64,000 nt of DNA from Candidatus Latescibacterota bacterium (GTDB taxonomy: Bacteria; Latescibacterota; UBA2968; UBA8231), in contig CBDAOB010000005.1 in assembly GCA_965197905.1 (NCBI GenBank), positions 192,001 through 256,000 on the forward strand, read 5' to 3'. A program made the position numbers and the translations under genes. Shown here in pieces: positions 11,743 through 21,272 of the stretch. The notes below the pieces were generated by a model, which was not told the origin of the DNA, did no database searches, and saw only the letters and a program-made list of their open reading frames with translations. How positions within the stretch are numbered: the first letter of the stretch is position 1; every line of letters begins with the position of its first letter.

Positions 11743-11779
11743 CAAAAATAGGCGCCTACCTTGCACGGAGTAAGCGCCT
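11743..11779 (-). terminator. Rho-independent terminator downstream of tRNA-Phe
   Basis: Minus strand AGGCGCTTAC-loop-GTAGGCGCCT followed by ATTTTT. Confidence 0.7.
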
Positions 11780-11807
11780 GTATATATTCAAGTAACGAAA
11801 ATTAAAA

Positions 11808-11883
11808 TGGTGGCTCCTCGCGGAATCGAACCGCGGACACAGGGATTTTCAGTCCCCTGCTCTACCTACTGAGCTAAAGAGCC
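11808..11883 (-). tRNA. tRNA-Phe(GAA)
   Basis: 76 nt GGCTCTTTAGCTCAGTAGGTAGAGCAGGGGACTGAAAATCCCTGTGTCCGCGGTTCGATTCCGCGAGGAGCCACCA; cloverleaf, GAA anticodon, TTCGA T-loop, encoded CCA. Confidence 0.97.
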
Positions 11884-11898
11884 ACCATCGAATTTCTA

Positions 11899-11927
11899 AT
11901 TTTATAGACCCCCCTTACCAAAGTCAA
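11899..11927 (-). promoter_or_regulatory. Sigma70-type promoter of tRNA-Phe
   Basis: TTGACT-17 nt-TAAAAT on the minus strand just upstream of the tRNA. Confidence 0.7.
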
Positions 11928-11937
11928 GCGAGTTACA

Positions 11938-12513
11938 ATGGCCGTTTCTATCATACCGTTCAAGATGCCCGAACCGATGGAGATTCCCGAACACATCGTC
12001 TCCATGCTGCGCGAATTGCCCAAGCATGACGCCGTCTCCAAGGCGATGGAACTGCTCATCGAGATCGACGCCGCGCACACCGCGATCTACGAAGCGGTGG
12101 ACGACGACGGCAATCTCCACCTCAAGGAAATCCTGTCCACGGAAAGCGCTAGCGCCAGCACGTTGAAGCAACAATTGGAGTCGGGAGACATCTACGGAAA
12201 ACGCTTGACGCAGATGGAGGCGGACTCGCTGGCCGCCCAGGCGTTCGCGCAGGAGTCTTCTCTGTTGGTAATGGGGCAGATTGACGGGGGTACACAGAGC
12301 GCCCTGCCAGCGGATCTGCAGAAACATCTACTGGCAGGGGCAGATTCGGGAAACGTTGGGTATATCTACGTACTGCTGTTCAGTGGCGCGAACAATCGCC
12401 CACTGGGGGCAATCACCTTGATTCGCCCGTTTGCGGAGGGGCCGCTCAATCACGAGCAACCCAACGTAACGGAACGGGTCCGTCAGGAACTCTGTTCTAT
12501 TCTTGATTCCTGA
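11938..12513 (+). CDS. Hypothetical protein, possibly GAF-like fold
   Basis: 191-aa ORF with ordinary codon usage; C-terminal YIYVLLF..LGAITLIR pattern resembles GAF strands. Confidence 0.6.
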   Translation: MAVSIIPFKMPEPMEIPEHIVSMLRELPKHDAVSKAMELLIEIDAAHTAIYEAVDDDGNLHLKEILSTESASASTLKQQLESGDIYGKRLTQMEADSLAAQAFAQESSLLVMGQIDGGTQSALPADLQKHLLAGADSGNVGYIYVLLFSGANNRPLGAITLIRPFAEGPLNHEQPNVTERVRQELCSILDS

Positions 12514-12516
12514 GGT

Positions 12517-12786
12517 TTACGCGGTGGCCGACTCGACGACGCCGTTTTCCAGCAGCCAGGACTCAACCTCGTTGCCATCTACATCGGCCAGCATTTGACC
12601 GTTGACCTCAACGCATGGCGACAAGGGCTGGCCGCTCTTCTGCACCATCTCGGCATAATTCTCGGGCACGTTGATGATGTCCTTGTCCTCGTATTGCAGG
12701 CCGTATTTGCCCAGCGCCTCACGAACGCTGTTGCTCCAACCGCACACGGGTTTCAGGTAAGCTACGATGGTCGGTGCGTCTGCCAT
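12517..12786 (-). CDS. Glutaredoxin family protein (monothiol CGWS)
   Basis: YLKPVCGWS, SGQPLSPCVEVNG; AAGGAG RBS. Confidence 0.85.
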   Translation of the reverse strand: MADAPTIVAYLKPVCGWSNSVREALGKYGLQYEDKDIINVPENYAEMVQKSGQPLSPCVEVNGQMLADVDGNEVESWLLENGVVESATA

Positions 12787-12833
12787 GACATCTCCTTCAC
12801 GGTAACGTAGGCGTTAGATATTCACTGCCGGCG

Positions 12834-12918
12834 AATATAGAGAAGAGCCGGTATCTGTCAAGTCTTCAACCTCTTACACGCTTTTTCGTTTGACGATTGA
12901 GGGACCCACTAGTACATT
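12834..12918. promoter_or_regulatory. Divergent sigma70-type promoters (glutaredoxin / murA)
   Basis: Minus strand TTGACA(12861-12856)-16 nt-TATATT; plus strand TTGACG(12890)-17 nt-TACATT(12913-12918). Confidence 0.55.
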
Positions 12919-12995
12919 CAACTGGCCCCGGATACCAGCACAACCCACGTCTTACCCGCAACACCCCTTTTCCGTATTGCAAATCAGGATACTAC

Positions 12996-14267
12996 ATGTC
13001 ATCTGAGGAAATGCTGCACATCGATGGTGGCACCCGTCTGCGCGGCGAAGTCACGGTTCAAGGATCCAAGAACGCCGTTCTGCCGATGCTTGCGGCTTCG
13101 CTGCTGGCTGAAACGGGAGAGACGGTACTGCATCGTGTGCCGCCCGTAAAAGATGTGCTGGTGGGCATTGAGATGTTGCGGCGGTTGGGTGCCAAGGTGC
13201 AATACACCCCGGAAGAAGGGGTCGTTGTAATCGATGCCACTACTGTGACTCGTACCGATCTGCCGGACGAACTGAGCAACCGGTTCCGCGCCTCGATCCT
13301 ATTTGTCGGTCCCTTGTTGAGTCGGTTTCGCGAGGCGGCCATCAAGGAAGTAGGTGGATGCAGCATCGGTCACCGGCCTTGGGATTACCACGAACGCGGT
13401 TTCGCTCGTTTGGGGGCCAAGGTGTGTGGCACGCCGGGAGGCGGTTTCTCGATCAGCGCCGAGGCGCTGAAGGGATCGTTTATGTACTGCGATGTACCCA
13501 GTCACACCGGGGTCGAGAACATGATCATGGCGGCTAGCATGGCACGGGGAGAATCACTGATTGAAAACGCCGCTTCGGATCCGGAGATCGTCGATTTCGT
13601 CGAGCTGCTTACCAAGATGGGAGCTAAGGTGGAAGGCGCCGGATCCCGCACCGTACGGATAACAGGAGTCAAGAAGCTGCGCGGCGCCGAGCACACGGTG
13701 ATGCACGATCGGCTCGATGCGGGCATGTTGATGATGGCAAGCGCCATCACCGCTGGCGATGTTCGTCTTCGCGGTGTTGGCTGTACCCACCTGCGGGTAT
13801 TCGAAGCCAAGCTCCATCAGATGGGGGTCACCACCAAGGAGAACTGTGAGTCCACCCGAATTCGCGCGCCCAAGAAGCTTTCGCCGATCAATGTAGTGAC
13901 GACCTACTATCCCGGGTTCCCGACCGATCTGCAGCCCGGCATCATGGCATTGGCCTGCGTGGCCGACGGGGACAGCTTCATCCGCGAGACGGTGTTCGAG
14001 GACCGGCTGGGACATGTGAAGAGCTTGCGTGCTTTCGGTGCTCGCCTCTCCCCGGAAAAGGACCGCCTGGTCATCGTGCACGGTCCGGCGAAACTCACGG
14101 GAACGCGGGTCAAGGCGCTGGATATTCGCGCCGGTGTCGCCTGCGTCCTGGCTGGTCTAGGGGCGGAGGGCACCACGAGTATCCACAACCTCTATCAGCT
14201 CGATCGGGGCCACGCTTTTCTGGAAGAGCGTCTCGGCGCTCTCGGTGCCAAGATGCAGCGTTTGTAG
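12996..14267 (+). CDS. murA: UDP-N-acetylglucosamine 1-carboxyvinyltransferase
   Basis: GSKNAVLP, RAS, GGCSIGHRP (active-site Cys), PGFPTDLQ, FEDR, DIRAG, LDRG. Confidence 0.92.
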   Translation: MSSEEMLHIDGGTRLRGEVTVQGSKNAVLPMLAASLLAETGETVLHRVPPVKDVLVGIEMLRRLGAKVQYTPEEGVVVIDATTVTRTDLPDELSNRFRASILFVGPLLSRFREAAIKEVGGCSIGHRPWDYHERGFARLGAKVCGTPGGGFSISAEALKGSFMYCDVPSHTGVENMIMAASMARGESLIENAASDPEIVDFVELLTKMGAKVEGAGSRTVRITGVKKLRGAEHTVMHDRLDAGMLMMASAITAGDVRLRGVGCTHLRVFEAKLHQMGVTTKENCESTRIRAPKKLSPINVVTTYYPGFPTDLQPGIMALACVADGDSFIRETVFEDRLGHVKSLRAFGARLSPEKDRLVIVHGPAKLTGTRVKALDIRAGVACVLAGLGAEGTTSIHNLYQLDRGHAFLEERLGALGAKMQRL

Positions 14268-14374
14268 GTCGCACCCGGACCGCTCGAAACTCCGAGTCTA
14301 CATACACTTACGCACATAACGTCGCATTCTGGATTCTTGACTGCTCCGTCTCGCGAGAGCATTTTCAGAATCCC

Positions 14375-14710
14375 ATGACTGCCCCTACCCTCGCTGATTA
14401 CCAGAAGGACGTCGACGATTGGATTCACACGGTCGGCGTGCGCTATTTCTCCGAGCTGACCAACATGGCGGTGCTCACCGAGGAGGTGGGCGAGTTGGCG
14501 CGTTTGATGGCCCGGCAATTCGGGGACCAGAGCTTCAAGGCAGGCGAGGAAGAGTCGGATCTGGGCATGGAGATGGCAGATGTTCTGTTTGTGATTATCT
14601 GCCTCGCCAATCAGACGGGGGTCGATCTCGAGGACGCCTTCGCTCGCGCCATGGAGAAGAAGACCCGTCGCGATCGCACCCGCCACGCCAATAATCCCAA
14701 ACTCAAATAG
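14375..14710 (+). CDS. MazG-like nucleotide pyrophosphohydrolase
   Basis: LTEEVGELAR..EMADVLFV..LANQTGVDL. Confidence 0.9.
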   Translation: MTAPTLADYQKDVDDWIHTVGVRYFSELTNMAVLTEEVGELARLMARQFGDQSFKAGEEESDLGMEMADVLFVIICLANQTGVDLEDAFARAMEKKTRRDRTRHANNPKLK

Positions 14711-14712
14711 AG

Positions 14713-16071
14713 ATGCTGCGTCGACCAAAGTTGCGCTTGTGGGGCCTGATTCTGGTATTCGCCGCCGGTGGCGGATGCGGCGTCGGTGGTCCTCCCGCGG
14801 CAGAAAGCTTCCAGGCGCGGAGTGTTGCCCAGGGACCGCTGACGATCGGGGTCTGGCTGCCGGCCGGTCTCGACGAGTTCCGCTTCGACGCGGCCGATCA
14901 GGATCGCCTGCTGGCGCTGGGCATCAACCAGGTGGAGTGGTTACAAAGAGCTTCGGTTGGCGGATCGACGGCGGAAGAGCTGGCGATGGAGTTCTGCACG
15001 CGGAACGGTCTTTCCATGCCGGTCTACTACGAACCCAAAGGGTTCTCACCGTACGAGAAGCTGCGCAACTGGACCACCCGGGCGAAGGTGGGAGCCAGCT
15101 TCCAGAGCGACGTGCGCGCCCGGGTGCGCGCCCTGAAAGAGCAGTGGGGTGATGAATCCGGGTTTTCCGGCTACCTCGTCGGGCATGAGGATTACCGCGA
15201 AGCGTATTATCCGGCACTGAGCCAGACAGTGGACGTGCTGCGCCAGGAGGATCCCGGTCGGCCGGCATTCACCGTGGGCCGGCTCGAGAGTTTTCCTTCA
15301 AAGAGCCGATTCCTGAACGCTTTTTTTTCTGAGGCCGGCCCCACCAATCTGTTTCAGCAGGAACAGTACATATTCCGCGGCAACATGCCTCAGACCGGGA
15401 AGAAGCTGCGGCAGAAGCTCCGCGAGCTGGTGAAAGAATACAACAGTGTCGCCCGCAACCTGAAGGGTCGCAACGCGCGATGGCATGCCATTCTTCAAGC
15501 ACACGCGGAGGAGCGGGAACAGGAGGGTGGCTCGGAACAGTACTATCGCAAGCCGACCGGCCCGGAGCTGGCGGTGCAGGCGGGCGCGGCGCTGGCGCGG
15601 GGGGCCTCCGGTATCATCTACTTCCTTTATAGTTCGGGGATCGAGAAGGTGCGAGACGGTTCTGGAGAGGTTGTCCAAACCCGCCACTACGAGGGACTCG
15701 TGGATCGAAGCGGGGAACCCACTCCCGCCTACGAAGCGGCGCGGGAATTGAACGTTCGGCTGGACCAGATCGGACGGGAGCTAGCCCCGCTCTATTTCCG
15801 CGGCGGGTATTCGGCGCGGGCGCTGCCGAAAGAGGACCTGGTAGCGGCGCTGGACGAGGAGGACATCGAGCTTGGATTTTTTGGCGACAGCACGGGCACG
15901 ACCCACCTGCTGCTGGTGAATATGCGAACGTCTGAAGAGCGAGAGGTGTCACTGAAACTGAACACCCTGCGTCTGCGCGACCACGCCGGAGGCAATGAGA
16001 TGGTCTCGCAGGACGGCTGGTTCAGCCTGCGACTGGAGCCGGCGGATATCCGGCTCCTGGAGGTCGACTGA
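14713..16071 (+). CDS. Hypothetical exported protein / lipoprotein, possibly glycoside-hydrolase-like barrel
   Basis: Hydrophobic N-terminus with Cys; ALARGASGIIYF resembles a late barrel strand of GH-like proteins; starts 2 nt after the MazG gene. Confidence 0.6.
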   Translation: MLRRPKLRLWGLILVFAAGGGCGVGGPPAAESFQARSVAQGPLTIGVWLPAGLDEFRFDAADQDRLLALGINQVEWLQRASVGGSTAEELAMEFCTRNGLSMPVYYEPKGFSPYEKLRNWTTRAKVGASFQSDVRARVRALKEQWGDESGFSGYLVGHEDYREAYYPALSQTVDVLRQEDPGRPAFTVGRLESFPSKSRFLNAFFSEAGPTNLFQQEQYIFRGNMPQTGKKLRQKLRELVKEYNSVARNLKGRNARWHAILQAHAEEREQEGGSEQYYRKPTGPELAVQAGAALARGASGIIYFLYSSGIEKVRDGSGEVVQTRHYEGLVDRSGEPTPAYEAARELNVRLDQIGRELAPLYFRGGYSARALPKEDLVAALDEEDIELGFFGDSTGTTHLLLVNMRTSEEREVSLKLNTLRLRDHAGGNEMVSQDGWFSLRLEPADIRLLEVD

Positions 16072-16146
16072 CGATCTCCGGTCGCGGAACTCGACTGAGG
16101 TCTACACAGCCGAAAATGCGGCGACGCGAGCATCAAAGGAGAACAC

Positions 16147-16878
16147 ATGGGCAAGCTAGATGACAAGGTAGCGTTGGTAACCGGAGGCAATCGGGGCATC
16201 GGCAAAGCAATCGCCGCGGGACTGGCGAAGGAGGGGGCCAAAGTGGCGATCGCCGCGCGCGATCAAATGCTGTTGAAGAAGGCGGCGGTAGAGCTGTCTC
16301 GCGATGGAAACCAGGTTCTGGGGGTTCCCGCGGATATCTCCGACGAGGAGCAGGTCAAGGCGCTCTATGCCCAGATCCTGGAATGTTTCGGCACCGTCGA
16401 CATCCTCATCAACAATGCCGGCGCCTTCGATGGCGGTCCGGTGGAAGAGGTGTCGCTGGAGGAGTGGAATCGGGTTATCGGTGCCTGTCTGACGGGTCCG
16501 TTCCTTTGCACCCGCGAGGCGTTTCGCATCATGAAACCGAAGGGGGGTGGCCGCATAATCAACATCGGCAGTATTTCCGCGCAGCGAACACGAGACCAGA
16601 GCTCGCCCTACACCAGCGCCAAGCACGGGGTGTGGGGTCTGACCCAGGCCACAGCTCTGGAAGGCCGGGCTCACGGTATCGTCGTAAGCGCCCTGCACCC
16701 GGGCAATACGCTGGTGGAACGCCGCATGAACAGCGATAAGGCCAGCGACACCGAGCCGATGATGACGGCCCAGGAGCTGGCCGAGGTCGCCGTCCAGATG
16801 GCCTCGATGCCGCCGCACATCAATTTCCTCGAGGCGATCGTGTTGCCCACCACGCAGGATTACATCGGCCGAGGTTGA
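16147..16878 (+). CDS. Short-chain dehydrogenase/reductase
   Basis: TGGNRGIG, NNAG, YTSAK; AAGGAG RBS. Confidence 0.92.
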   Translation: MGKLDDKVALVTGGNRGIGKAIAAGLAKEGAKVAIAARDQMLLKKAAVELSRDGNQVLGVPADISDEEQVKALYAQILECFGTVDILINNAGAFDGGPVEEVSLEEWNRVIGACLTGPFLCTREAFRIMKPKGGGRIINIGSISAQRTRDQSSPYTSAKHGVWGLTQATALEGRAHGIVVSALHPGNTLVERRMNSDKASDTEPMMTAQELAEVAVQMASMPPHINFLEAIVLPTTQDYIGRG

Positions 16879-18857
16879 TCTTGAAGTCCTTGTGGAATGA
16901 GCAGGAAGCGGCCCGCTTCGGTGCCGACGCGCTGAGTCAACGCGTCTACACTTCCAGGCTGTTGGGGCGTGACCCGAGTCTGGTTCTGCACGGGGGCGGC
17001 AACACCTCCGTGAAGGATCAGGCGACCAACCTCTTCGGGGATCGGGAAGAGGTGATCTACATAAAGGGAAGTGGGTGGGATCTGGAAACGATCGAACCCG
17101 CCGGTTTCGCCCCGGTGAAGTTGGATGTGCTTCTGCGCATGGCCGCGCTCGAGAGCCTGGCCGACGTCGAGATGGTGAAAGGTCAGCGCGCGGCGATGAT
17201 CGATCCGTCCGCGCCCAATCCTTCGGTGGAGGCGATTCTGCACGGATTGATTCCGTTGAAGTTCGTCGACCACACCCACGCCGATGCGATTCTCGCCATC
17301 ACCAATACGGCCGACGGTGAAGAGCGGATTCGCGACCTGCTCGGCGACAACATCCTCGTCGTGCCCTACGTCATGCCCGGTTTCAAGCTGGCGCGGAAGG
17401 TCTACGAGCTCAGCCGCGAGGTGGACTGGCAGCGGCTCGAATGCATGATCCTGCTGAACCACGGCATCTTCACCTTTGCCGACAGCGCCAGGGATTCCTA
17501 CGAGAAGATGATTGCGGTGGTGCATCGGGCCGAGGAGTACGTTCGCGGGAAAGCAGCGAAGAAGCCGGGCATCGACTCAGCCGGGGTCAAAGAGGTGAAC
17601 CTGCTGGAGCTGGCACGGCTGCGGAGTGCTACCTCCAGAGCTCGCGGTTGTCCGGTGCTGGCCAATCTGCACCAGGATCTGGAGAGCCTCGGGTTTGTCC
17701 AGCGAGCGGGTCTGCAGGAGATCGCCTCGCGTGGACCGCAGACCCCCGATCATGCATCCCGCAGCAAAGGAACCCCGCTGGTCGTGAACGGCGATCTGGA
17801 GCAGTGCGTGCAGCAGTATGCCGAGGCCTACATGGCCTACTTCCAGCGGCGGAACCCGGGTGGGTTGACCCCGCTCGACCCGGCGCCGCGCTGGGCACTC
17901 TGGCCCGGCCAGGGTATGGTCTCGCTCGGCCGCACCCTGAAGGAGAACCGGGTGATCGGCGATATCGCGGCGCACACTATGCAGACCATCGGGTGGGCCG
18001 AAGGGTTGGGTGGTTGGCGCGCATTGCCGGAGAGCTCGGTCTTCGACGTGGAGTACTGGGATCTGCAGCAAGCCAAAGCGAAACTCCAGCCCCAACCCCT
18101 GCCTCTGCAGGGTCGCGTGGCGCTGGTGACCGGCGCCGCCAGCGGCATAGGCCGTGCCTGCGCCCAATCGTTGTGCGAACAGGGTGCGGTGGTGTCGGCC
18201 CTGGATATCCGCGAGGACATCGCCGCCTGCTTCGACCAGGAGGAGATTTTCGGGCAGGTCTGTGACGTCACCCGGAACGATCAGCTCAAAGGCTGCGTTG
18301 CGGCGACGGTCCGCCGCTTCGGGGGGCTGGACATTCTGGTCTGCAACGCCGGACTCTTTCCGTCCAGTCAACGAATCGCCGACCTCACGGAGGAGAACTG
18401 GGAACGCAGCCTCTCGGTGAATCTGTCCAGCAATCGGGCTCTGCTCACCGCCGCGGTTCCGTACCTGGAACTGGGTCTGGATCCGGCCGTGGTGATCATC
18501 GCCTCCAAGAACGTCCCGGCACCTGGCCCCGGAGCCGCCGCGTATTCCGTCGCCAAAGCCGGCCTCACCCAGCTGGCTCGCGTGGCCGCCCTCGAATTCG
18601 CGGATCAGGGTATCCGGGTGAACATTCTCCATCCCAATGCGGTCTTCGACACTGCCCTGTGGACCGAAGAGCTGCTAAAGAGCCGGGCCGCCCACTACGG
18701 CATGACGGTGGAGGAGTACAAGACCAACAATCTGTTGCACAAAGAGGTAACCTCGCGCGATGTGGCGGCTCTGGCCTGCGCCATGGCCGGAGCGCTGTTC
18801 GCCAAAACGACCGGAGCACAGGTTCCCATCGACGGCGGCAACGAGCGGGTCGTCTGA
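16875..18857 (+). CDS. Bifunctional class II aldolase / short-chain dehydrogenase (RhaD/RhaEW-like)
   Basis: HGGGNTSVK, KGSGWDL, PSVEAILH, DHTHAD, NHGIF, followed by SDR motifs TGAASGIG, YSVAK, DGGN. Confidence 0.9.
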   Translation: MILKSLWNEQEAARFGADALSQRVYTSRLLGRDPSLVLHGGGNTSVKDQATNLFGDREEVIYIKGSGWDLETIEPAGFAPVKLDVLLRMAALESLADVEMVKGQRAAMIDPSAPNPSVEAILHGLIPLKFVDHTHADAILAITNTADGEERIRDLLGDNILVVPYVMPGFKLARKVYELSREVDWQRLECMILLNHGIFTFADSARDSYEKMIAVVHRAEEYVRGKAAKKPGIDSAGVKEVNLLELARLRSATSRARGCPVLANLHQDLESLGFVQRAGLQEIASRGPQTPDHASRSKGTPLVVNGDLEQCVQQYAEAYMAYFQRRNPGGLTPLDPAPRWALWPGQGMVSLGRTLKENRVIGDIAAHTMQTIGWAEGLGGWRALPESSVFDVEYWDLQQAKAKLQPQPLPLQGRVALVTGAASGIGRACAQSLCEQGAVVSALDIREDIAACFDQEEIFGQVCDVTRNDQLKGCVAATVRRFGGLDILVCNAGLFPSSQRIADLTEENWERSLSVNLSSNRALLTAAVPYLELGLDPAVVIIASKNVPAPGPGAAAYSVAKAGLTQLARVAALEFADQGIRVNILHPNAVFDTALWTEELLKSRAAHYGMTVEEYKTNNLLHKEVTSRDVAALACAMAGALFAKTTGAQVPIDGGNERVV

Positions 18858-18885
18858 ACGATTCTCCCGAGAGGTGGGTCTGCCC

Positions 18886-20550
18886 ATGAGATTTCGAGAC
18901 GCCAAGCTGGCGACCAAGCAGAGCATCGGACTGGGTTTGATCTTCGCCATATTGGCGTTGGGGAATTTCTACTCCCTGCGCAAAATGGCGACCATTGAGA
19001 GCGAGATCGATGAAGTGACCTCCAATCGCCTGCCCCGCGCGATCGCCGTTTCCGATATCAGTCTCAGCACCTCCAATCTGCGCACCGCCCAGCTGCAGTA
19101 CGCGCTGACCCGCGACCCAGATCGAAAACGGGAGCAAGCCGCCGCCATGCTCGCTTTGTTGGAGCGTATCGATGACGACCGCGATCGCTACGAGCGGTTG
19201 AAGCGGGCCTCGGAAATGCGCGATCTCTATTCCGACCGCGAGCGGGCGTTGTACGAACAGAGCTTCGAGCCCAAGTGGGAGCGCTATCTGGACCTTTCCT
19301 ACGAGCTCGTGCAGATAGCAGCGCAAGAGGACAACCGCGCGGCTGTCGACCTCTTGGTGGGAGAGGGACGCCGGGTCTTCGAGGATTTTGGGCGGGATCT
19401 GGAAGGGCTGGTGGACGCGAACAAGACCGATTCCTACGAGGCTGGTGCGCGGGCGGAGTTCGCATTTCACGCGGCCCGCAGATTTAATCTGACCCTGCTG
19501 GTAGTTACGCTGCTGGTCTCCGCCCTGGTGGCTGTGGCTCTCGTGCGGCTCATCACCGTGCCGGTGCAGCAGCTGGAACGGGCAGCCGAGCAGGTGGCCG
19601 CTGGCCATCTGGAGACGCGGGTGGATATCGACCGCGGGGACGAGATCGGCAGTCTCGGCAATTCGTTTGATCAAATGACCCGGTCGTTGCAGGAAACCCG
19701 AGAACGAACGCGCCAGCAAGCGGAGGAGCTGCGGGTTCAGCACGAGACGGTGCAGGCGAAGAACCGCGATCTGGAGCAGGCGATGCAGCAGCTGCGGGAA
19801 AGCCAGGAGCAGCTGGTGATGCGGGAAAAGATGGCGGCGCTGGGCGATCTGGTTGCGGGGGTCGCCCACGAAATCAACAGTCCGATCGGCACCGTTACCA
19901 GTTCGACCGATGTCTCGCAACGCTGTTTGCAGCGCGTCGGGTCGGCGGTCGAGGAGGCGGCCACTCTCGGGGGGCTTCGCGATGATCGCTCGTTCCGCCA
20001 GGCCATGGAGCTTTTGGGAGCAAATACCACTAACATCGCCACCGCGAGTACGCGCATCACGACCCTGGTGGATAGCCTCAAGAACTTCGCGCGCCTGGAC
20101 GAAGCGGAGCGTCAGCAGGTAGATATCACCGAAGGTATCGAGAGCAGCCTCACTCTGATGGAGCACGAGTTCCGGGGCCGCGCCTCCGTGGAGACGGAGT
20201 TCGGCGATTTGCCGGAGATTCAGTGTTACCCGGGCCAGCTGAATCAGGTTTTTATTAGTTTACTGAAGAACGCCGCCCAATCGATCGAGAGTTCGGGCAC
20301 CATACGGATCCGCAGCTGGAGCGAGAACGACAAGGTGGTGGTCAGGATCTCGGATACGGGGTCCGGGATTCCTCGCGAAAAACTGGATCGCATCTTCGAT
20401 TTCGGCTTCAGCGCCGGGGGCACGCGGGTAAAGCTGGCCTCCGGACTTTCAACCGCTTACAACATCGTGCAGAACCACAATGGATCCATCGATATCGAAA
20501 GCGAGGTCGGCAGTGGCACCACGGTTTCATTAACTCTGCCCATCACATGA
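18886..20550 (+). CDS. Sensor histidine kinase (four-helix-bundle sensor, HAMP, HisKA, HATPase)
   Basis: Two TM helices, HAMP DEIGSLGNSF, EKMAALGDLVAGVAHEINSP, NAAQ, DTGSG; G2 box degenerate. Confidence 0.9.
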   Translation: MRFRDAKLATKQSIGLGLIFAILALGNFYSLRKMATIESEIDEVTSNRLPRAIAVSDISLSTSNLRTAQLQYALTRDPDRKREQAAAMLALLERIDDDRDRYERLKRASEMRDLYSDRERALYEQSFEPKWERYLDLSYELVQIAAQEDNRAAVDLLVGEGRRVFEDFGRDLEGLVDANKTDSYEAGARAEFAFHAARRFNLTLLVVTLLVSALVAVALVRLITVPVQQLERAAEQVAAGHLETRVDIDRGDEIGSLGNSFDQMTRSLQETRERTRQQAEELRVQHETVQAKNRDLEQAMQQLRESQEQLVMREKMAALGDLVAGVAHEINSPIGTVTSSTDVSQRCLQRVGSAVEEAATLGGLRDDRSFRQAMELLGANTTNIATASTRITTLVDSLKNFARLDEAERQQVDITEGIESSLTLMEHEFRGRASVETEFGDLPEIQCYPGQLNQVFISLLKNAAQSIESSGTIRIRSWSENDKVVVRISDTGSGIPREKLDRIFDFGFSAGGTRVKLASGLSTAYNIVQNHNGSIDIESEVGSGTTVSLTLPIT

Positions 20551-21269
20551 TTGTCGGACAAGGTGAAGCGATGACGAGCAACCACAGTTTCGGTAGATCT
20601 GGGAGGATGATCGCCAGACCTACGCCAGCCACGCTAGCCCGCGTTGTGATCTGCACCCTCGTTGTGCTGTGTGTTAGCGGCACTGACGCCGAAACGGTGG
20701 TCGAATCGCAGCTGAAGAAGCGTGATATGGAGCCAGGTGAACGCTGCCTCGTCTGCGGAACCGAACTCAGCGGGAAAAACGGTCTCGCTTTCTACTACCG
20801 CGGGCGTCCTATCGCTATCACTGCCGCCCACCTCCAGACCTTCCTGCAGAATCCCGACCGCTACTTCAAACATCTCGAAGTCCGCGGCGCGCTTTTCCAG
20901 GAAGGGTCGGCTCGGCAGATCGGCAGCGAATGGTTGCTATTGGGCGTGTGGGTGCTGCTCGGTCTGGTGGGCGCAGCGGTCTGCACCGGAGTAGCGCTGC
21001 GCAAAGGGCTGTCTCCGTTGACCTGGTTCGCCGCGGGGTTGATCGTCAATATCGTGGCTGTGGTACTCGTGCTGGCGCGGTCGTCTGTCCAAAAAGTAGA
21101 TCTTCCCCCTAGGCTGGCCAAGATTCCGAACACGCTTCCGCCCGACGTGTGCCCCAAGTGCGGCGGGCGCAATCATCCCACGGCGCGCCGCTGCAGCGAA
21201 TGCGGTGCAGCTCTGGAACCAGCCGCCGATTCCGATGTCGACCGGGTCGGACTGCGGACGGGGGAGTGA
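20547..21269 (+). CDS. Membrane protein with YHS-like domain and C-terminal zinc ribbon
   Basis: Signal-like segment, CLVC..YRGR..FLQNPDRY, two TM helices, CPKC..N..CSECG. Exact start uncertain. Confidence 0.7.
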   Translation: MIVGQGEAMTSNHSFGRSGRMIARPTPATLARVVICTLVVLCVSGTDAETVVESQLKKRDMEPGERCLVCGTELSGKNGLAFYYRGRPIAITAAHLQTFLQNPDRYFKHLEVRGALFQEGSARQIGSEWLLLGVWVLLGLVGAAVCTGVALRKGLSPLTWFAAGLIVNIVAVVLVLARSSVQKVDLPPRLAKIPNTLPPDVCPKCGGRNHPTARRCSECGAALEPAADSDVDRVGLRTGE

Positions 21270-21272
21270 AGC

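Noticed and set aside
11505..11807. Integrase or attachment site beside tRNA-Phe
   Set aside because: No recombinase motifs and no second copy of the tRNA 3' end found in the window.
11812..11887. Plus-strand tRNA-like reading that also ends in GCCACCA
   Set aside because: It is the antisense of tRNA-Phe; D-loop and T-loop consensus, promoter and terminator all fit only the minus strand.
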